A DNA stretch of 64,000 nt from Azoarcus sp. (lineage in GTDB: Bacteria > Pseudomonadota > Gammaproteobacteria > Burkholderiales > Rhodocyclaceae): the NCBI GenBank assembly GCA_031272995.1, contig JAISSY010000054.1, positions 2,589 to 66,588 of the forward strand. The letters run 5' to 3'. Under the pieces are notes generated by a model. That model was not told the origin of the DNA. It worked only from the letters and a program-made list of their open reading frames with translations, and ran no database searches. Below are positions 50,808 through 63,711 of the stretch, one piece after another; position 1 is the first letter of the stretch, and each line of letters opens with the position of its first letter. The position numbers and the translations under genes are program-made.

Positions 50808-52072
50808 TTCAGGGTCACGCGGGCGATGCCATCCCGGTTGGTATGCGGCGAGAGGTTGACCGGCTTGCCGTTGAACTCCAGCTTCACCTTGTCGGCGTTG
50901 CGGATGACCACCGAGAACGGCGGATTGCCGAACACGCTGCTGGCGCTGCCGCGCTTGACCCCGCGCGTGAAAATGACCTTGCCGCCATTTTCGCGCACCT
51001 GCACCCAAGACTCGCCGGAGAAGGTGAAGCGTAGCGGCGGCGCGGCTTCTTCCGGCGCGGCCGGTGCTGCTTCGGCCGCAGGAGGAATGGCGGCAGGCGC
51101 GGCGGCGGCGACTTGCGCCGTCGGCGCGTTCGCGGCGGCGGGTGCGCTCGCGGCGGCAGGCGTGGACGCCACGGCGGGCGCGGCGGCATCGGTCGCGGCA
51201 GGCGCCGCCGTCAATTCGGGCGCCAGACTCACCGCCACGGGAGGCGCGAGTTGCACGACGTTGACTTCCCCTTGTTCCGCTGCAGCCGGAGCCGGTTCCG
51301 GCGCGGGCGCCGAATTCGCTTCCGGTTCGGGAGCGGCGGTCACTTCAGCCGGCGGGAAAGCCGGTTCCGGTTCCGATTCGGTTACGGCGGGCGCTGTCGG
51401 TGCGGCCGCCTGCGATTCGCCGTCGGCATCGAGATAACGGCTCAACAAAACCGCCACCCCCGCCAATACCGCCAGCACCAGAACGACCAGCAACACCGGC
51501 ACCACGGTGGCGCTACGCGGACGCGCGCCGGTCATCGGGATGTTGCCGGTGGATTTGCTGAACACCTGCGTCAAATCGACGGTGGCGACCGGGGCGTTGA
51601 GGCGAGCGAGCAACGGTTCGGGGTCGAGTCCGAGGTGACGCGCGTAGTTGCGCAGAAAGCCGCGCGTAAACGTCGTTCCCGGCAAAGAAGAGAACTTGTC
51701 GTTCTCGATTGCTTCGAGTTGCGCCGCCGACAGTTTGAGCGCTGCGACCACGTCGTTGAACGATTCGCCGCGCGATTCGCGCGCCTTGCGCAGAATCTCG
51801 CCGATGGTTTCGACCGGCGCTGGCGGCACGACGGGTTCGACGGCGACATCTCCGGCCGCCGTCGCATCCGACGAGGGGGCCGAGGCGGTTCCGGATGCGG
51901 GCGTGGCCGCCGTATCGGATTCGAAAGGCAGTTCGGGAGCGGACTCGAAACCGCTCATGGTTTCGGTATCGACTTTGGCTCCGGTTCCGGATTCGAACTT
52001 GAGCACGGGCGCGATACCAACTTCGGACTTCTTGTCCGCGACATCATCGGGTTCCATGGCGCTCACTCGCAT
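50804..52072 (-). CDS. rodZ: RodZ-like HTH / DUF4115 cytoskeletal protein
   Basis: GEILRKARE...[11 protein letters not shown], one TM segment, Pro/Ala linker, ESWVQVR C-domain. Confidence 0.88.
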   Translation of the reverse strand: MRVSAMEPDDVADKKSEVGIAPVLKFESGTGAKVDTETMSGFESAPELPFESDTAATPASGTASAPSSDATAAGDVAVEPVVPPAPVETIGEILRKARESRGESFNDVVAALKLSAAQLEAIENDKFSSLPGTTFTRGFLRNYARHLGLDPEPLLARLNAPVATVDLTQVFSKSTGNIPMTGARPRSATVVPVLLVVLVLAVLAGVAVLLSRYLDADGESQAAAPTAPAVTESEPEPAFPPAEVTAAPEPEANSAPAPEPAPAAAEQGEVNVVQLAPPVAVSLAPELTAAPAATDAAAPAVASTPAAASAPAAANAPTAQVAAAAPAAIPPAAEAAPAAPEEAAPPLRFTFSGESWVQVRENGGKVIFTRGVKRGSASSVFGNPPFSVVIRNADKVKLEFNGKPVNLSPHTNRDGIARVTLK

Positions 52073-52893
52073 TTTCCTTGCATCATCGATGCATTCTGAG
52101 GGGTATTGGCAAAACGACTGCGTAGTTGTTCAGTGTAGCTCGCTTCGGCATGGCGTTCGCCCAACTGCCGCGCCGCGCACAATCCGAGCAGTGCGGAACG
52201 CGGACTGGGGCCGAAACGCTGGTGATATTGATTGAGCAGATCATACGCGCGGCGAAAGTTTCCACTCCGGTAGCTGGCTTGCGCGAGTCCGAAGGACGCA
52301 TCGCCGTTGGACGGGTCGGCTTCCAACGCCTTGGAGAATTGGCGCTCGGCGCCGACGTAATCCTTGCCGTCGATGAGGCAATATCCGGCGTTGGTGTAGG
52401 GGCGCGTCTTGCAGCAATAAAACGGATTGGCGGTGGCGGTGGCGAAACGGGGCATCGCCTCGGCGGCGCGCTTCTGGCGACAGAGGAACCAACCATAACT
52501 GTTGTTGAAATCGGGATCGCCGGGCGCTTCGCGCAACGCGGCGCGGAAAGCGTCGTCGGCCTGCGAATTCTGGTCGAGTTCTGTAAACACCAACCCCATC
52601 AGGTGATAGGCGGGCGCGTAGCCGGGTCTGATCTGCAAGGCGGCGCGGGCTTCGTCGAGGGCGACTTCCAGCCGCCCGATGCGAAAGTATTCCGCGCCGA
52701 GGTCGGTGTGCACACGCGCCTTGGAGTCGGCCGCAGTCGCCGGTTGCTGGTCGGACATCGGACGCGGGTACGAGCCGGAGTAGCTCGGCGCGACGCCGAA
52801 AGTATTCGTTTTGCCCGCATCGGGCGCCGTGGCGCAAGCGCCAAGGATGAAAGCCGGAATCGTCCAACACAACAAGGCGAGCGCGCGTTTCAT
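52063..52893 (-). CDS. pilW: Type IV pilus biogenesis/stability lipoprotein PilW/PilF
   Basis: Lipobox LGAC, TPRs, NNSYGWFLC; start at MKRALALL. Confidence 0.9.
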   Translation of the reverse strand: MKRALALLCWTIPAFILGACATAPDAGKTNTFGVAPSYSGSYPRPMSDQQPATAADSKARVHTDLGAEYFRIGRLEVALDEARAALQIRPGYAPAYHLMGLVFTELDQNSQADDAFRAALREAPGDPDFNNSYGWFLCRQKRAAEAMPRFATATANPFYCCKTRPYTNAGYCLIDGKDYVGAERQFSKALEADPSNGDASFGLAQASYRSGNFRRAYDLLNQYHQRFGPSPRSALLGLCAARQLGERHAEASYTEQLRSRFANTPQNASMMQGKCE

Positions 52894-54011
52894 GATCGAG
52901 TCCCCTCCAGCGTTTCCGTTGCCCCCGCGCAGGTGCGCCGGGTTTTGTCTTTCACCTGTCCGGCCAGTTGTCCGCAGGCGGCGGCCACGTCGTCGCCGCG
53001 CGTCTTGCGCGTGGTGGTGACGATGCCCGCTTCGAGCAGCACGCCCGCGAAACGCCGCACGCGTTCCGGCGAAGAACGCCGCAACGGCGCGCGCGGGAAA
53101 GGGTTGAACGGAATCAGGTTGAATTTGCACGGCACCTCGCGCGTGAGCGCGACGAGGGCGCGCGCTTGGGCGGGAGCGTCGTTTACGCCATCGAGCATGA
53201 CGTACTCGAAAGTGACGAAATCGCGCGGGGCGCGGTCGAGATAGCGACGGCAGGCGGCCATCAGATCGCGCAACGGATATTTGCGGTTGAGCGGCACCAG
53301 TCGGTCGCGCAGTTCGTCGTCGGGCGCGTGCAGCGACACCGCCAGCGCCACCGGACATTCCTCGCGCAGCCGGTCGATGCCCGGCACGACGCCGGCGGTC
53401 GACACCGTCACCCGCCGCCGCGACAAACCATACGCATGATCGTCCAACATCACGCGCAAAGCGGCGACGACGTTGTCGAAATTGGCCAGCGGTTCTCCCA
53501 TTCCCATCATCACGACGTTGCTGACGACTCGCCCGTTATCCTTGTCTTCCTCGCCGTCGGCCTTGCCGGCGGCAGCCCCAAGCAGTTTGTTCGCCAGCCA
53601 TAGTTGGCCGACGATCTCGCCCACGCTCAGATTACGATTGAATCCCTGCTTGCCAGTAGAGCAAAAAGCACAGTCGAGTGCACAACCCGCTTGCGACGAC
53701 ACACAGAGCGTGCCGCGTCCGGCCTCCGGAATGAAGACGGACTCAATCGCGTTGGCGCCGCCCAAGTCGAACAGCCACTTGCGCGTGCCGTCGGCGGAGA
53801 GCGTGTCCTTGAGCGGCACGGGGGCGCGAATCTCGGCCTGTTCGGCGAGTTTCGCGCGCAGCGTTTTGGCGACGTCGGTCATCGCCGCGAAGTCGTCGCA
53901 GCCTTCGCGGTGTATCCAGCGCATCACCTGCCGGGCGCGGAACGGCTTTTCACCCAGTTCGGCGAACCAGCCGGTCAAGCCGTCGAGGTCGAAATCGAGC
54001 AGATTGGGCAC
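52890..54011 (-). CDS. rlmN: Dual-specificity RNA methyltransferase RlmN
   Basis: [30 protein letters not shown]; GTG start. Confidence 0.96.
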   Translation of the reverse strand: MPNLLDFDLDGLTGWFAELGEKPFRARQVMRWIHREGCDDFAAMTDVAKTLRAKLAEQAEIRAPVPLKDTLSADGTRKWLFDLGGANAIESVFIPEAGRGTLCVSSQAGCALDCAFCSTGKQGFNRNLSVGEIVGQLWLANKLLGAAAGKADGEEDKDNGRVVSNVVMMGMGEPLANFDNVVAALRVMLDDHAYGLSRRRVTVSTAGVVPGIDRLREECPVALAVSLHAPDDELRDRLVPLNRKYPLRDLMAACRRYLDRAPRDFVTFEYVMLDGVNDAPAQARALVALTREVPCKFNLIPFNPFPRAPLRRSSPERVRRFAGVLLEAGIVTTTRKTRGDDVAAACGQLAGQVKDKTRRTCAGATETLEGTRS

Positions 54012-54039
54012 GGCGAGAACCCGCGCGCGGCGTGGGCGG

Positions 54040-54465
54040 TCAGCGACTGTGGATGTCGATGCCGGGGAAGAAGAAGGCGATTTCGACTGCGGCGGTTTCC
54101 GGCGCATCGGATCCGTGCACGGCGTTGGCGTCGATGGAGGCGGCGAAATCGGCGCGGATGGTACCGGGGGCGGCCTTTTTGGGGTCGGTGGCGCCCATCA
54201 ATTCGCGGTTTTTGGCGATGGCGTTCTCGCCTTCGAGCACTTGCACCATCACCGGGCCGGAGGTCATGAATTCGACCAGGTCCTTGAAGAACGGGCGTTC
54301 GCGGTGCACGGCGTAGAACTCGCCGGCTTCGCGCGCCGACAGATGGGCCAGCCGCGCGGCGACGATCTTGAGTCCGGCGTCCTCGAAGCGTTGGTAGATT
54401 TTGCCGATCACGTTCTTGGCGACGGCATCGGGCTTGACGATGGAAAGGGTGCGTTGGATGGCCAT
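54040..54465 (-). CDS. ndk: Nucleoside-diphosphate kinase
   Basis: [13 protein letters not shown]. Confidence 0.98.
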   Translation of the reverse strand: MAIQRTLSIVKPDAVAKNVIGKIYQRFEDAGLKIVAARLAHLSAREAGEFYAVHRERPFFKDLVEFMTSGPVMVQVLEGENAIAKNRELMGATDPKKAAPGTIRADFAASIDANAVHGSDAPETAAVEIAFFFPGIDIHSR

Positions 54466-54641
54466 GTTTCGACTCCGGTGGTTGGCGAAAAGGGCAGGAT
54501 TCTAGCAGGTCGGAGGGGTTTCAAACCCAATCTCCGAACACCCAAACGCGCCGTCATCCACAACCAACGTCAAACAGCTTTCGCCATCATGACGATAACC
54601 GGATAATCTTCGGGTTTTCCGCCTCAACCGAACTCGTCACC

Positions 54642-55913
54642 ATGAATCCCACTTCCATTCAGGTCATCGGCGCGGTCTTGTTCGCCATTGCCATTCTGCA
54701 CACGTTCTCCGTCGGCTTCTTTTCGCGACTGGCGGAAAAACACCCGGCACACGCGGGCTTGTGGGAATTGTTCGCGGAGGTGGAATTCATCTTCGGCTTC
54801 TGGGCCTGCGTCCTGCTCATCTTCGTCGCCCTGACGGCGAACGCGGAAGTCGGCGCCTACGACGCTTTCACCGAATACCTCGACGGGCGCGATTTCACCG
54901 AACCGCTGTTCGTGCTGGCGATCATGGTAGTCGCCGCCAGCAAGCCGGTGCTGATGTTCGCTTCCGGCATCGTGCATACGGTTTCACGCGTGATTCCGGT
55001 CTCGCGCCCGGTGGCGTTCTACTTCACCGTGCTCGCCGTGGTGCCGCTGCTGTCCTCGTTCATCACCGAACCGGCGGCGATGACGCTGGCGGCGCTGATC
55101 CTCAAGGACGCCTATTACCGCAAGAACATGTCGTCGCGCCTGATGTACGGCACCATCGGCGTGCTGTTCGTGAACGTCTCCATCGGCGGCACGCTGACCA
55201 ATTTCGCCGCGCCGCCGGTGCTGATGGTGGCGAAAACGTGGGATTGGAGCAGCACGTTCATGATCACCCACATCGGCTGGCGCAGCGCGGTGGCGGTGTG
55301 CGTGAACGCCATCGCCGTCAGCGTGCTTTTCCACAAGGAACTGGCGCATTTCGAGTTGGGCGGCCACGAGGAATCCAACCCCGTCCCCGCGCCGGTGGTC
55401 ATCCTGCACCTTCTGCTGCTTACCCTGATCGTGATGTTCTCCCACCATGCGCGCGTTTTCATCGTCGTGCTGCTGGCCTTCCTCGCCTTCGCCCACGCCT
55501 ATCCGCGCTTTCAGGATCGGCTGATCCTGCGCGAGGCGCTGATGGTGTGCTGCTTCCTCGGCGGGCTGGTGACGCTAGGAGGGATGCAGAAGTGGTGGTT
55601 GCAGCCGCTGCTCGACACGATGACCGAGACGAGCGTCTATTACAGCTTCACGGCGCTGACGGCGGTCACCGACAACGCCGCTCTCACCTTCCTGTGTTCG
55701 CAGGTGGACGGATTGTCGGACGCGTTCAAGTATTCGGCGGTGGCCGGCGCGGTTTCCGGCGGCGGTCTGACGGTGATCGCCAACGCGCCGAATCCGGCGG
55801 GGCAGTCGATCCTGCAAGGCTATTTCAAGGGCGGCAAGGTGAATCCGCTCGGTCTGCTGGCGGCGGCGGCGCTGCCGACGGTGATGGCGATTCTCGCTTT
55901 CCGCGCCATCTGA
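54642..55913 (+). CDS. Putative Na+/H+ antiporter family membrane protein
   Basis: HTF, EVEFIFGFW, TEPAAMT, TDNAALT, VIANAPNPAG. Confidence 0.8.
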   Translation: MNPTSIQVIGAVLFAIAILHTFSVGFFSRLAEKHPAHAGLWELFAEVEFIFGFWACVLLIFVALTANAEVGAYDAFTEYLDGRDFTEPLFVLAIMVVAASKPVLMFASGIVHTVSRVIPVSRPVAFYFTVLAVVPLLSSFITEPAAMTLAALILKDAYYRKNMSSRLMYGTIGVLFVNVSIGGTLTNFAAPPVLMVAKTWDWSSTFMITHIGWRSAVAVCVNAIAVSVLFHKELAHFELGGHEESNPVPAPVVILHLLLLTLIVMFSHHARVFIVVLLAFLAFAHAYPRFQDRLILREALMVCCFLGGLVTLGGMQKWWLQPLLDTMTETSVYYSFTALTAVTDNAALTFLCSQVDGLSDAFKYSAVAGAVSGGGLTVIANAPNPAGQSILQGYFKGGKVNPLGLLAAAALPTVMAILAFRAI

Positions 55914-55930
55914 AACCGGCGCACAAAAGA

Positions 55931-55959
55931 AAAGCGCGGAAGGCATCCTTCCGCGCTTT
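55931..55959. terminator. Bidirectional terminator between convergent genes
   Basis: 13-bp perfect stem AAAGCGCGGAAGG-CAT-CCTTCCGCGCTTT. Confidence 0.85.
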
Positions 55960-55983
55960 CGTTTACTGGCTGCCGAATCCGGT

Positions 55984-57138
55984 TCAGCTTTGCGGCGCGC
56001 CGCGGTCGGCAGCCAGCAATTCAGGGCGTTCTTCCAACCACAAGCGCACGCGCTGCGCGTCGACCGTACGCATGTTGCGACCGTTAGCATCCATCAGCAC
56101 GATTACCAAGGGTTGCCCGCTCATCCAAGCCTGCATCACCAGACAACGACCGGCTTCCTTGATGTAACCGGTCTTGGAAACGCCGATTTGCCAATCCGCG
56201 CTCTTGACCAGACTGTTGGTGTTGCCAAAACGCCGCATACGGCCATTGATGTCCATATAGCGTTCGGAAGTGGTGGTGAAAGCACGAATCAGCGGAAAAC
56301 GCGCTGCGGCCGCCACCATGCGGGACAAGTCGCGCGGACTGGAGACGTTGTTCGGCGTCAACCCGGTGGTGTCGTAGAAACGGGTGTCGTGCATGCCCAA
56401 CGAGTTGGCCTTGGCGTTCATCGCTTCCACGAAAGCGGAGCGTCCGCCCGGATAGTTACGCCCAAGCGCCGAAGCGGCACGGTTTTCCGACGACATCAGC
56501 GCCAACTGCAGCATTTCCTCGCGCGTCAGGCTGGTGCCGATTGCCAGCCGCGAGTGCGTGCCTTTCAGATAGTCGATGTCGTCCTCGGTGATCGTAAGCA
56601 CTTCGTCGAGATCGGCTTTCGAATCGAGCACCACCATCGCCGTCATCAACTTGGTGATCGAGGCGATTGGCATGACCTCGCGAGCGTTCTTCTGTAGCAG
56701 GACTTCGCCGGTCTTTTGATTGGCGACGTAGAAAGACGAAGCGCTCAGCAAAGGACGCCCCGAACCGTCAAGGCGCACGAACACCGGTTCATCCGCGATA
56801 CGAGACTGAACCGGCGCGCGTTTTTGCCTTGCAGCGGCCAATTTTCTGGACAGCGCGCGTTTGCCGCGCGACGTCAGCGAGCTTTTCCCGCGTGAGCGCA
56901 CGTTTTTGCCTTTGCCCGCACGAACGTTCTTGCCGGCGCGCGCGCTGTCGCTCTTATTCTTGTTTTTGGCCGCGACGCTTTTGTTGGCATACGAAGTGGG
57001 CGCGGACTTGCACGCTTTCGATTTGGCCTTTGCCTTGGCCGTACCGGCGCACTTGGCGGGAGCGGCCGATGCGACATCGGCGCCCGTCAGGGTGAAAGCC
57101 ATGGTCAGGATGGCGGCAAGCAGAACTCGAATCTTCAT
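55984..57138 (-). CDS. pbpG: D-alanyl-D-alanine endopeptidase (PBP7-like, peptidase S11)
   Basis: SxxK (ASITK), SxN (SEN), KTG; signal peptide followed by a Lys/Arg-rich region. Confidence 0.9.
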   Translation of the reverse strand: MKIRVLLAAILTMAFTLTGADVASAAPAKCAGTAKAKAKSKACKSAPTSYANKSVAAKNKNKSDSARAGKNVRAGKGKNVRSRGKSSLTSRGKRALSRKLAAARQKRAPVQSRIADEPVFVRLDGSGRPLLSASSFYVANQKTGEVLLQKNAREVMPIASITKLMTAMVVLDSKADLDEVLTITEDDIDYLKGTHSRLAIGTSLTREEMLQLALMSSENRAASALGRNYPGGRSAFVEAMNAKANSLGMHDTRFYDTTGLTPNNVSSPRDLSRMVAAAARFPLIRAFTTTSERYMDINGRMRRFGNTNSLVKSADWQIGVSKTGYIKEAGRCLVMQAWMSGQPLVIVLMDANGRNMRTVDAQRVRLWLEERPELLAADRGAPQS

Positions 57139-57349
57139 ATCCGTCTCTCTGGTATGGAGTTCAAGGGACAAATCCCCCCAGAAACAATGTGTTGTAGTTG
57201 TTATCTAATGCGGTTTCGTAAAAATACATAATCATACTCTACCATCTTCACCCCCTACCGACAAACCGGGCAAGCCAAATTGTCCGCGTCGGCGGCCATT
57301 TTGTTGCGCTCAAACCACCTAAAACTGCACGCCCAGCGCGCGTTTCCTC

Positions 57350-59626
57350 TCATGGTTCGATGTTTCCGGCCTCCACCACGGTCAGGGCAGTCATGTTGAT
57401 AATCCTGCGCACAGTTGCAGACGGTGTCAATACGTGAACTGCCTTAGCCGCGCCCAGAAGTATCGGGCCAACCGTCACTCCGGCGCCAGATGCGGTCTTC
57501 AACAGGTTGAAAGCGATGTTGGCGGCATCCAAAGTCGGGAAAATCAATAGATTGGCTTCTTCGCGCAACCGGGAGTTGGGGAAGAAATTGAGCCGCAACT
57601 TCGCGTCGAGGGCGGAGTCGCCCTGCATCTCGCCCTCGACCTGCAAATCGGGGTGGCGTTCGCGCAACAAACGCAGGGCGGCGCGCATCTTCACCGCCGT
57701 CGGCGTGTCCGCCGAACCGAAGGACGAATGCGACAGCAGCGCCACTTTCGGCTCCTGCCCGAAACGCTGCATCACTTCCGCCGCCAGCACGGTCATTTCC
57801 ACCACCTGTTCGGGGCTAGGGTCGTAATTGACGTTGGTGTCGGCGAGGAAAAGCGTGCGTCCGGGCAGATTGAGAACGTTGAGGGTGTAGAGGTTCTCGA
57901 CCCCGCGCCGCCTGCCGACCACCGTCTCGACGTTGTTCAGGTGCTTGCGATGCACGCCGTCGGTGCCGCAGATCAACCCGTCGGCGTAGCCGAGCGCGAC
58001 CATCAGCGCGCCGATGATCGTCGGGTTGCGCCGCACGCGCTTTTCCGCCTCGTGCGGGGTGATGCCGCGCCGCTCCATGCGCTCGTGGTAGAACTCCGCC
58101 ATGCGCTCGAAATACGGGTTGTGCGCCGGGTCGATGATTTCGTATTGCGACGTCGGCGTCAGGTGCAGACCGAGGCGGTCGATGGTGCGGACGATTTCTT
58201 CGGTGCGCCCGACGAGCATCGGCCACGCCAGACCTTCGTCGATCACGCCGCGCACGGCGCGCAGGACACGCTCGGATTCGCCCTCGGCGAAGACGATGCG
58301 CTGCGGCGCGCTGCGGGCGGCGGCGAACACCGGCTTCATCAACATGCCCGAATGCCAGACGAAGTTGCTCAACTGGGTGCGATAGGCGTCCCAATCGGCG
58401 ATCGGACGCGTCGCCACCCCGGAAGCCATCGCCGCCTCGGCCACCGCCGGAGCGATTTTGACGATGAGGCGCGGGTCGAACGGGCGCGGAATGATGTAGT
58501 CGGCGCCGAAGCCGCTCACGCGCTCGCCGTAGGCGGAAGCGACGATGTCGCTTTGCTCGGCGCGCGCCAGATCGGCGATGGCGCGCACCGCCGCGAGCTT
58601 CATCTCGTCGGTGATGGTGGTCGCCCCCACGTCGAGCGCGCCGCGAAAGATGAACGGAAAGCAGAGAACGTTGTTCACCTGATTGGGGAAATCCGACCGT
58701 CCGGTGGCAACGATGGCGTCGTCGCGCACCGCGCGCACCTCGCCCGGCATGATTTCCGGTGTCGGGTTGGCGAGCGCCAGCACCAGCGGCTTGTCGGCCA
58801 TCTTCGCCACCATCGCGCCCTTGAGCACGCCGCCCGCCGAAAGGCCGAGAAAGATGTCGGCGCCGACGATGACCTCGTCCAGCGTGCGCGCCTCGGTTTT
58901 CTTGGCGTAGCGCGCCTTGATCGGATCCATCAGCGCGGCGCGCCCTTCGTAGACCACGCCTTCGATGTCCGTCACCCAGATGTGTTCGACCGGAATGCCG
59001 AGCATCACCAGCAAATCGAGACAGGCCAGCGCCGCCGCGCCGGCGCCGGAAGTGACGAGTTTCACTTCATTGAGTTTCTTGCCCTGCATGTGCAGCGCGT
59101 TCAGCACCGCCGCGCCCACCACGATGGCGGTGCCGTGCTGGTCGTCGTGAAAAACCGGAATCTTCATGCGTTCGCGCAGCTTCTTCTCGATGTAGAAGCA
59201 TTCCGGCGCCTTGATGTCTTCGAGATTGATGCCGCCGAAGGTCGGCTCCAGCGAGGCGATGGTGTCGATCAGGCGGTCGGGGTCGGCTTCGTCGATCTCC
59301 AGATCGAACACGTCGATGCCGGCGAATTTCTTGAACAGCACGCCCTTGCCTTCCATCACCGGCTTGGCGGCGAGCGCGCCGATGTTGCCCAGCCCGAGCA
59401 CGGCGCTGCCGTTGGTGATGACGCCGATCAGATTGGCGCGCGCGGTCAGATGCGCCGCCTCGCCCGCATCGGCGACGATGGCGTCGCACGCCGCGCCGAC
59501 GCCGGGCGAATAGGCGAGCGACAGGTCGCGCTGATTGGTGAGCGCCTTGGTGGGCGTCACGGCGATCTTGCCCGGACGCGGATGGCGGTGGTAGTCGAGC
59601 GCCGCGGCGCGTATCAGTTCGTCCAT
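57350..59626 (-). CDS. maeB: NADP-dependent malic enzyme with PTA-like domain
   Basis: [40 protein letters not shown]. Confidence 0.95.
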   Translation of the reverse strand: MDELIRAAALDYHRHPRPGKIAVTPTKALTNQRDLSLAYSPGVGAACDAIVADAGEAAHLTARANLIGVITNGSAVLGLGNIGALAAKPVMEGKGVLFKKFAGIDVFDLEIDEADPDRLIDTIASLEPTFGGINLEDIKAPECFYIEKKLRERMKIPVFHDDQHGTAIVVGAAVLNALHMQGKKLNEVKLVTSGAGAAALACLDLLVMLGIPVEHIWVTDIEGVVYEGRAALMDPIKARYAKKTEARTLDEVIVGADIFLGLSAGGVLKGAMVAKMADKPLVLALANPTPEIMPGEVRAVRDDAIVATGRSDFPNQVNNVLCFPFIFRGALDVGATTITDEMKLAAVRAIADLARAEQSDIVASAYGERVSGFGADYIIPRPFDPRLIVKIAPAVAEAAMASGVATRPIADWDAYRTQLSNFVWHSGMLMKPVFAAARSAPQRIVFAEGESERVLRAVRGVIDEGLAWPMLVGRTEEIVRTIDRLGLHLTPTSQYEIIDPAHNPYFERMAEFYHERMERRGITPHEAEKRVRRNPTIIGALMVALGYADGLICGTDGVHRKHLNNVETVVGRRRGVENLYTLNVLNLPGRTLFLADTNVNYDPSPEQVVEMTVLAAEVMQRFGQEPKVALLSHSSFGSADTPTAVKMRAALRLLRERHPDLQVEGEMQGDSALDAKLRLNFFPNSRLREEANLLIFPTLDAANIAFNLLKTASGAGVTVGPILLGAAKAVHVLTPSATVRRIINMTALTVVEAGNIEP

Positions 59627-59701
59627 GGAATTCTCTTGCCGGGCCGACTGGCCGCGAGTCGAAAGTTTTATTTTACGACCCATGCACGCCGGCGCACGGA
59701 C

Positions 59702-59739
59702 AAGAAAAAGCCCACCTGTCTTTCACGACACGGTGGGCT
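59702..59739 (-). terminator. Intrinsic terminator downstream of the lytic transglycosylase gene
   Basis: Minus strand: AGCCCACC(G)TGTC-GTGAAA-GACAGGTGGGCT-TTTTCTT. Confidence 0.8.
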
Positions 59740-59787
59740 CAACGAGGAAACCAGATATTTGCGTTGACCTGTTCGGCGCAAAACCGT

Positions 59788-60498
59788 TCAGACCGCTCCA
59801 CCTCCGGCGCGAGCGGCGGTGGCGATGCGCTGTTTCATCGTCAGCACCTTGTTGGCGTAGGCGGCGTCGGGGTCGTTCAACGCGCCGCCGTAGTATTGCA
59901 ACGCGGCTTCCAGCGTGCCGTAGCGGCGCAAGCCTTCCTTGAGCACCTGCGCGCCGACGCGCACGTTGAGTTCGGGGTCGAAGAGCGCGTCCTTGCCCTT
60001 GCCCTTGCCGATCTTGTCCATGTGGAAGCGCGGAATCACCTGCATCAGCCCTTGCGCGCCGACGTTGCTTTCGGCGTAGGGGTTGAAGCTCGATTCGATG
60101 GCGATCATCGCCACCAACAGCATGGGATCGACGCCGAGACGACGACCGGAATCTTCCGCCGCGCGCAGCGCCGGTTCGATGGCCACCTTCGACACCCTGT
60201 AGCGACGCGACAGCCAGTTGCGCGCCTGCGCCATTTCGCGCGAAAGTTGTTTGGCGCTCTTGGCGGGCTTGGCGTCGGATGCGGCGACGATGGCGTGCGT
60301 CCGGCTCACGTCGGCAGGCGCGGATTCATCCGCCGCCGCCTGTTCGACGGGCGCGGCGAACGACGACCAACGACCTTCGCCGTTGAAAAACCAGATCGAA
60401 GCGGCCAGCACCGCAACCAACAGGCCAGCATGGCCAAAGCGGGCAAGCTGCCGTACAGCGCGGTCGCGACGACCGCTGGAATGAGTTTTGCCGTTCAT
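59788..60498 (-). CDS. SLT-domain lytic transglycosylase
   Basis: AIESSFN, GAQGLMQV, YYGG; SD AGGAGG before ATG 60498. Confidence 0.9.
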   Translation of the reverse strand: MNGKTHSSGRRDRAVRQLARFGHAGLLVAVLAASIWFFNGEGRWSSFAAPVEQAAADESAPADVSRTHAIVAASDAKPAKSAKQLSREMAQARNWLSRRYRVSKVAIEPALRAAEDSGRRLGVDPMLLVAMIAIESSFNPYAESNVGAQGLMQVIPRFHMDKIGKGKGKDALFDPELNVRVGAQVLKEGLRRYGTLEAALQYYGGALNDPDAAYANKVLTMKQRIATAARAGGGAV

Positions 60499-60575
60499 AT
60501 TCCTCCTTGTGGGGGGCTTGGACAGAGCAGCGGCGCATCCGTCGTTCCTGACGTTTGTGCACCGCACAATGGAGA

Positions 60576-60604
60576 ATTCTAGTGAATTAGTTGACATGGA
60601 TCAA
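60576..60604 (-). promoter_or_regulatory. Putative sigma-70 promoter of the SLT gene
   Basis: TTGATC-N17-TAGAAT on the minus strand. Confidence 0.55.
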
Positions 60605-60687
60605 AGGTAAAAGTTCGCGATTTGCGTGGAAAAACCACAAACCGCCCGCAAACCGCAGCAGACGGTCATCGCAAACAACTTTGAAAA

Positions 60688-61227
60688 TCAGCGGCTTGGC
60701 AATCGCCGCCGGTTCACCCGCAGCCGCGACCAGTCGAAATACGGCCCCGGATCGGTCTTGCGTTCCGGCGCGACGTCGGAGTGCCCGGCGATGTCGCACC
60801 GCGGAAAGCGCCGCGACAGCCGTCGCAGCAGGTCGTTGAGAGTCGCGTACTGGCGCTCGTCGAAAGGCAGCGTGTCGCAGCCTTCGAGTTCGACGCCGAG
60901 CGAAAAATCGTTGCAGCGCTCGCGCCCTTTCCACTTCGAGACGCCCGCGTGCCACGCGCGTTTGTCGGTGGCGACGAACTGAATCAGTTCGCCGTCGCGG
61001 CGAATGAAAAAGTGCGACGACACCCGCAACTGATGAATCCCGGCGTAGTACGGATGCTCATTCGGGTCGAGCCGGTTGGTGAACAGCTCGAACACCCCCG
61101 TCCCGCCGAAGCTGTCCGGCGGCAAACTGATGTTGTGGATGACGATGAGACTCACCCGCTCTCCCGCCGGGCGTTCGTCGAAGTTGGGCGAGTCGATGCG
61201 TCGCGCGCCACGCAGCCAGCCTTTCAT
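60688..61227 (-). CDS. ampD: 1,6-anhydro-N-acetylmuramyl-L-alanine amidase
   Basis: SPNFDERP, IHNISLPP, AWHAG, GHSDVAPERKTDPG. Confidence 0.95.
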   Translation of the reverse strand: MKGWLRGARRIDSPNFDERPAGERVSLIVIHNISLPPDSFGGTGVFELFTNRLDPNEHPYYAGIHQLRVSSHFFIRRDGELIQFVATDKRAWHAGVSKWKGRERCNDFSLGVELEGCDTLPFDERQYATLNDLLRRLSRRFPRCDIAGHSDVAPERKTDPGPYFDWSRLRVNRRRLPSR

Positions 61228-61363
61228 CGGGTTCGGACTCTTGAAATTCGATGGCGCGATTATATCCGCTGGCCGCAATAATTGTTAAAACATCATCATA
61301 TCGTATAAAATCCAACGAGCATTCAAACGTTTCTTCCCCTTTGCTCGCGTACAATCCGCCCCC

Positions 61364-61863
61364 ATGACCTACCCGCCTCCCGCTTTCATCGCCAAGTTCT
61401 GCCCGCCGCAAGAACTCGCGGCGCGTGTCGCCGCGCTGCCGCGACCGCTGGTTTTCACCAATGGCTGTTTCGACCTGCTGCATCGCGGCCACGTCACCTA
61501 TCTGGCGCAGGCGCGCGCGTTGGGCGCGGCGCTGGTGGTGGCGCTGAATTCCGACGATTCGGTGCGACGGCTCGGCAAAGGCGCCGACCGCCCGCTCAAT
61601 GCGCTCGACGACCGTTTGGCGGTAGTGGCGGCGCTGGAGAGCGTCGATTTGGTGACGTGGTTCGACGAGGACACGCCGCTCGCCCGCATCGTGGCGGCGC
61701 GCCCGGACGTGCTGGTCAAGGGCGGCGACTGGGCGGTGGACGACATCGTCGGCGCGCGGGAAGTGCGTGACTGGGGCGGAGACGTGCATTCGATTCCGTT
61801 CGAGGTCGACCGTTCCACCACCGCGCTCATCGCGCGCATCCGCGCCGCGGACGGCTCGCGCCG

Positions 61864-61867
<4 letters not shown>
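61364..61867 (+). CDS. D-glycero-beta-D-manno-heptose 1-phosphate adenylyltransferase (RfaE domain II)
   Basis: [30 protein letters not shown]. Confidence 0.92.
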
Positions 61868-63699
<1,832 letters not shown>

Positions 63700-63711
63700 A
63701 AAGAAGCCCTC

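Noticed and set aside
56820-57060. Lys/Arg-rich low-complexity region with GKNVR repeats in PbpG
   Set aside because: A common disordered N-terminal extension of betaproteobacterial PBP7 homologs.
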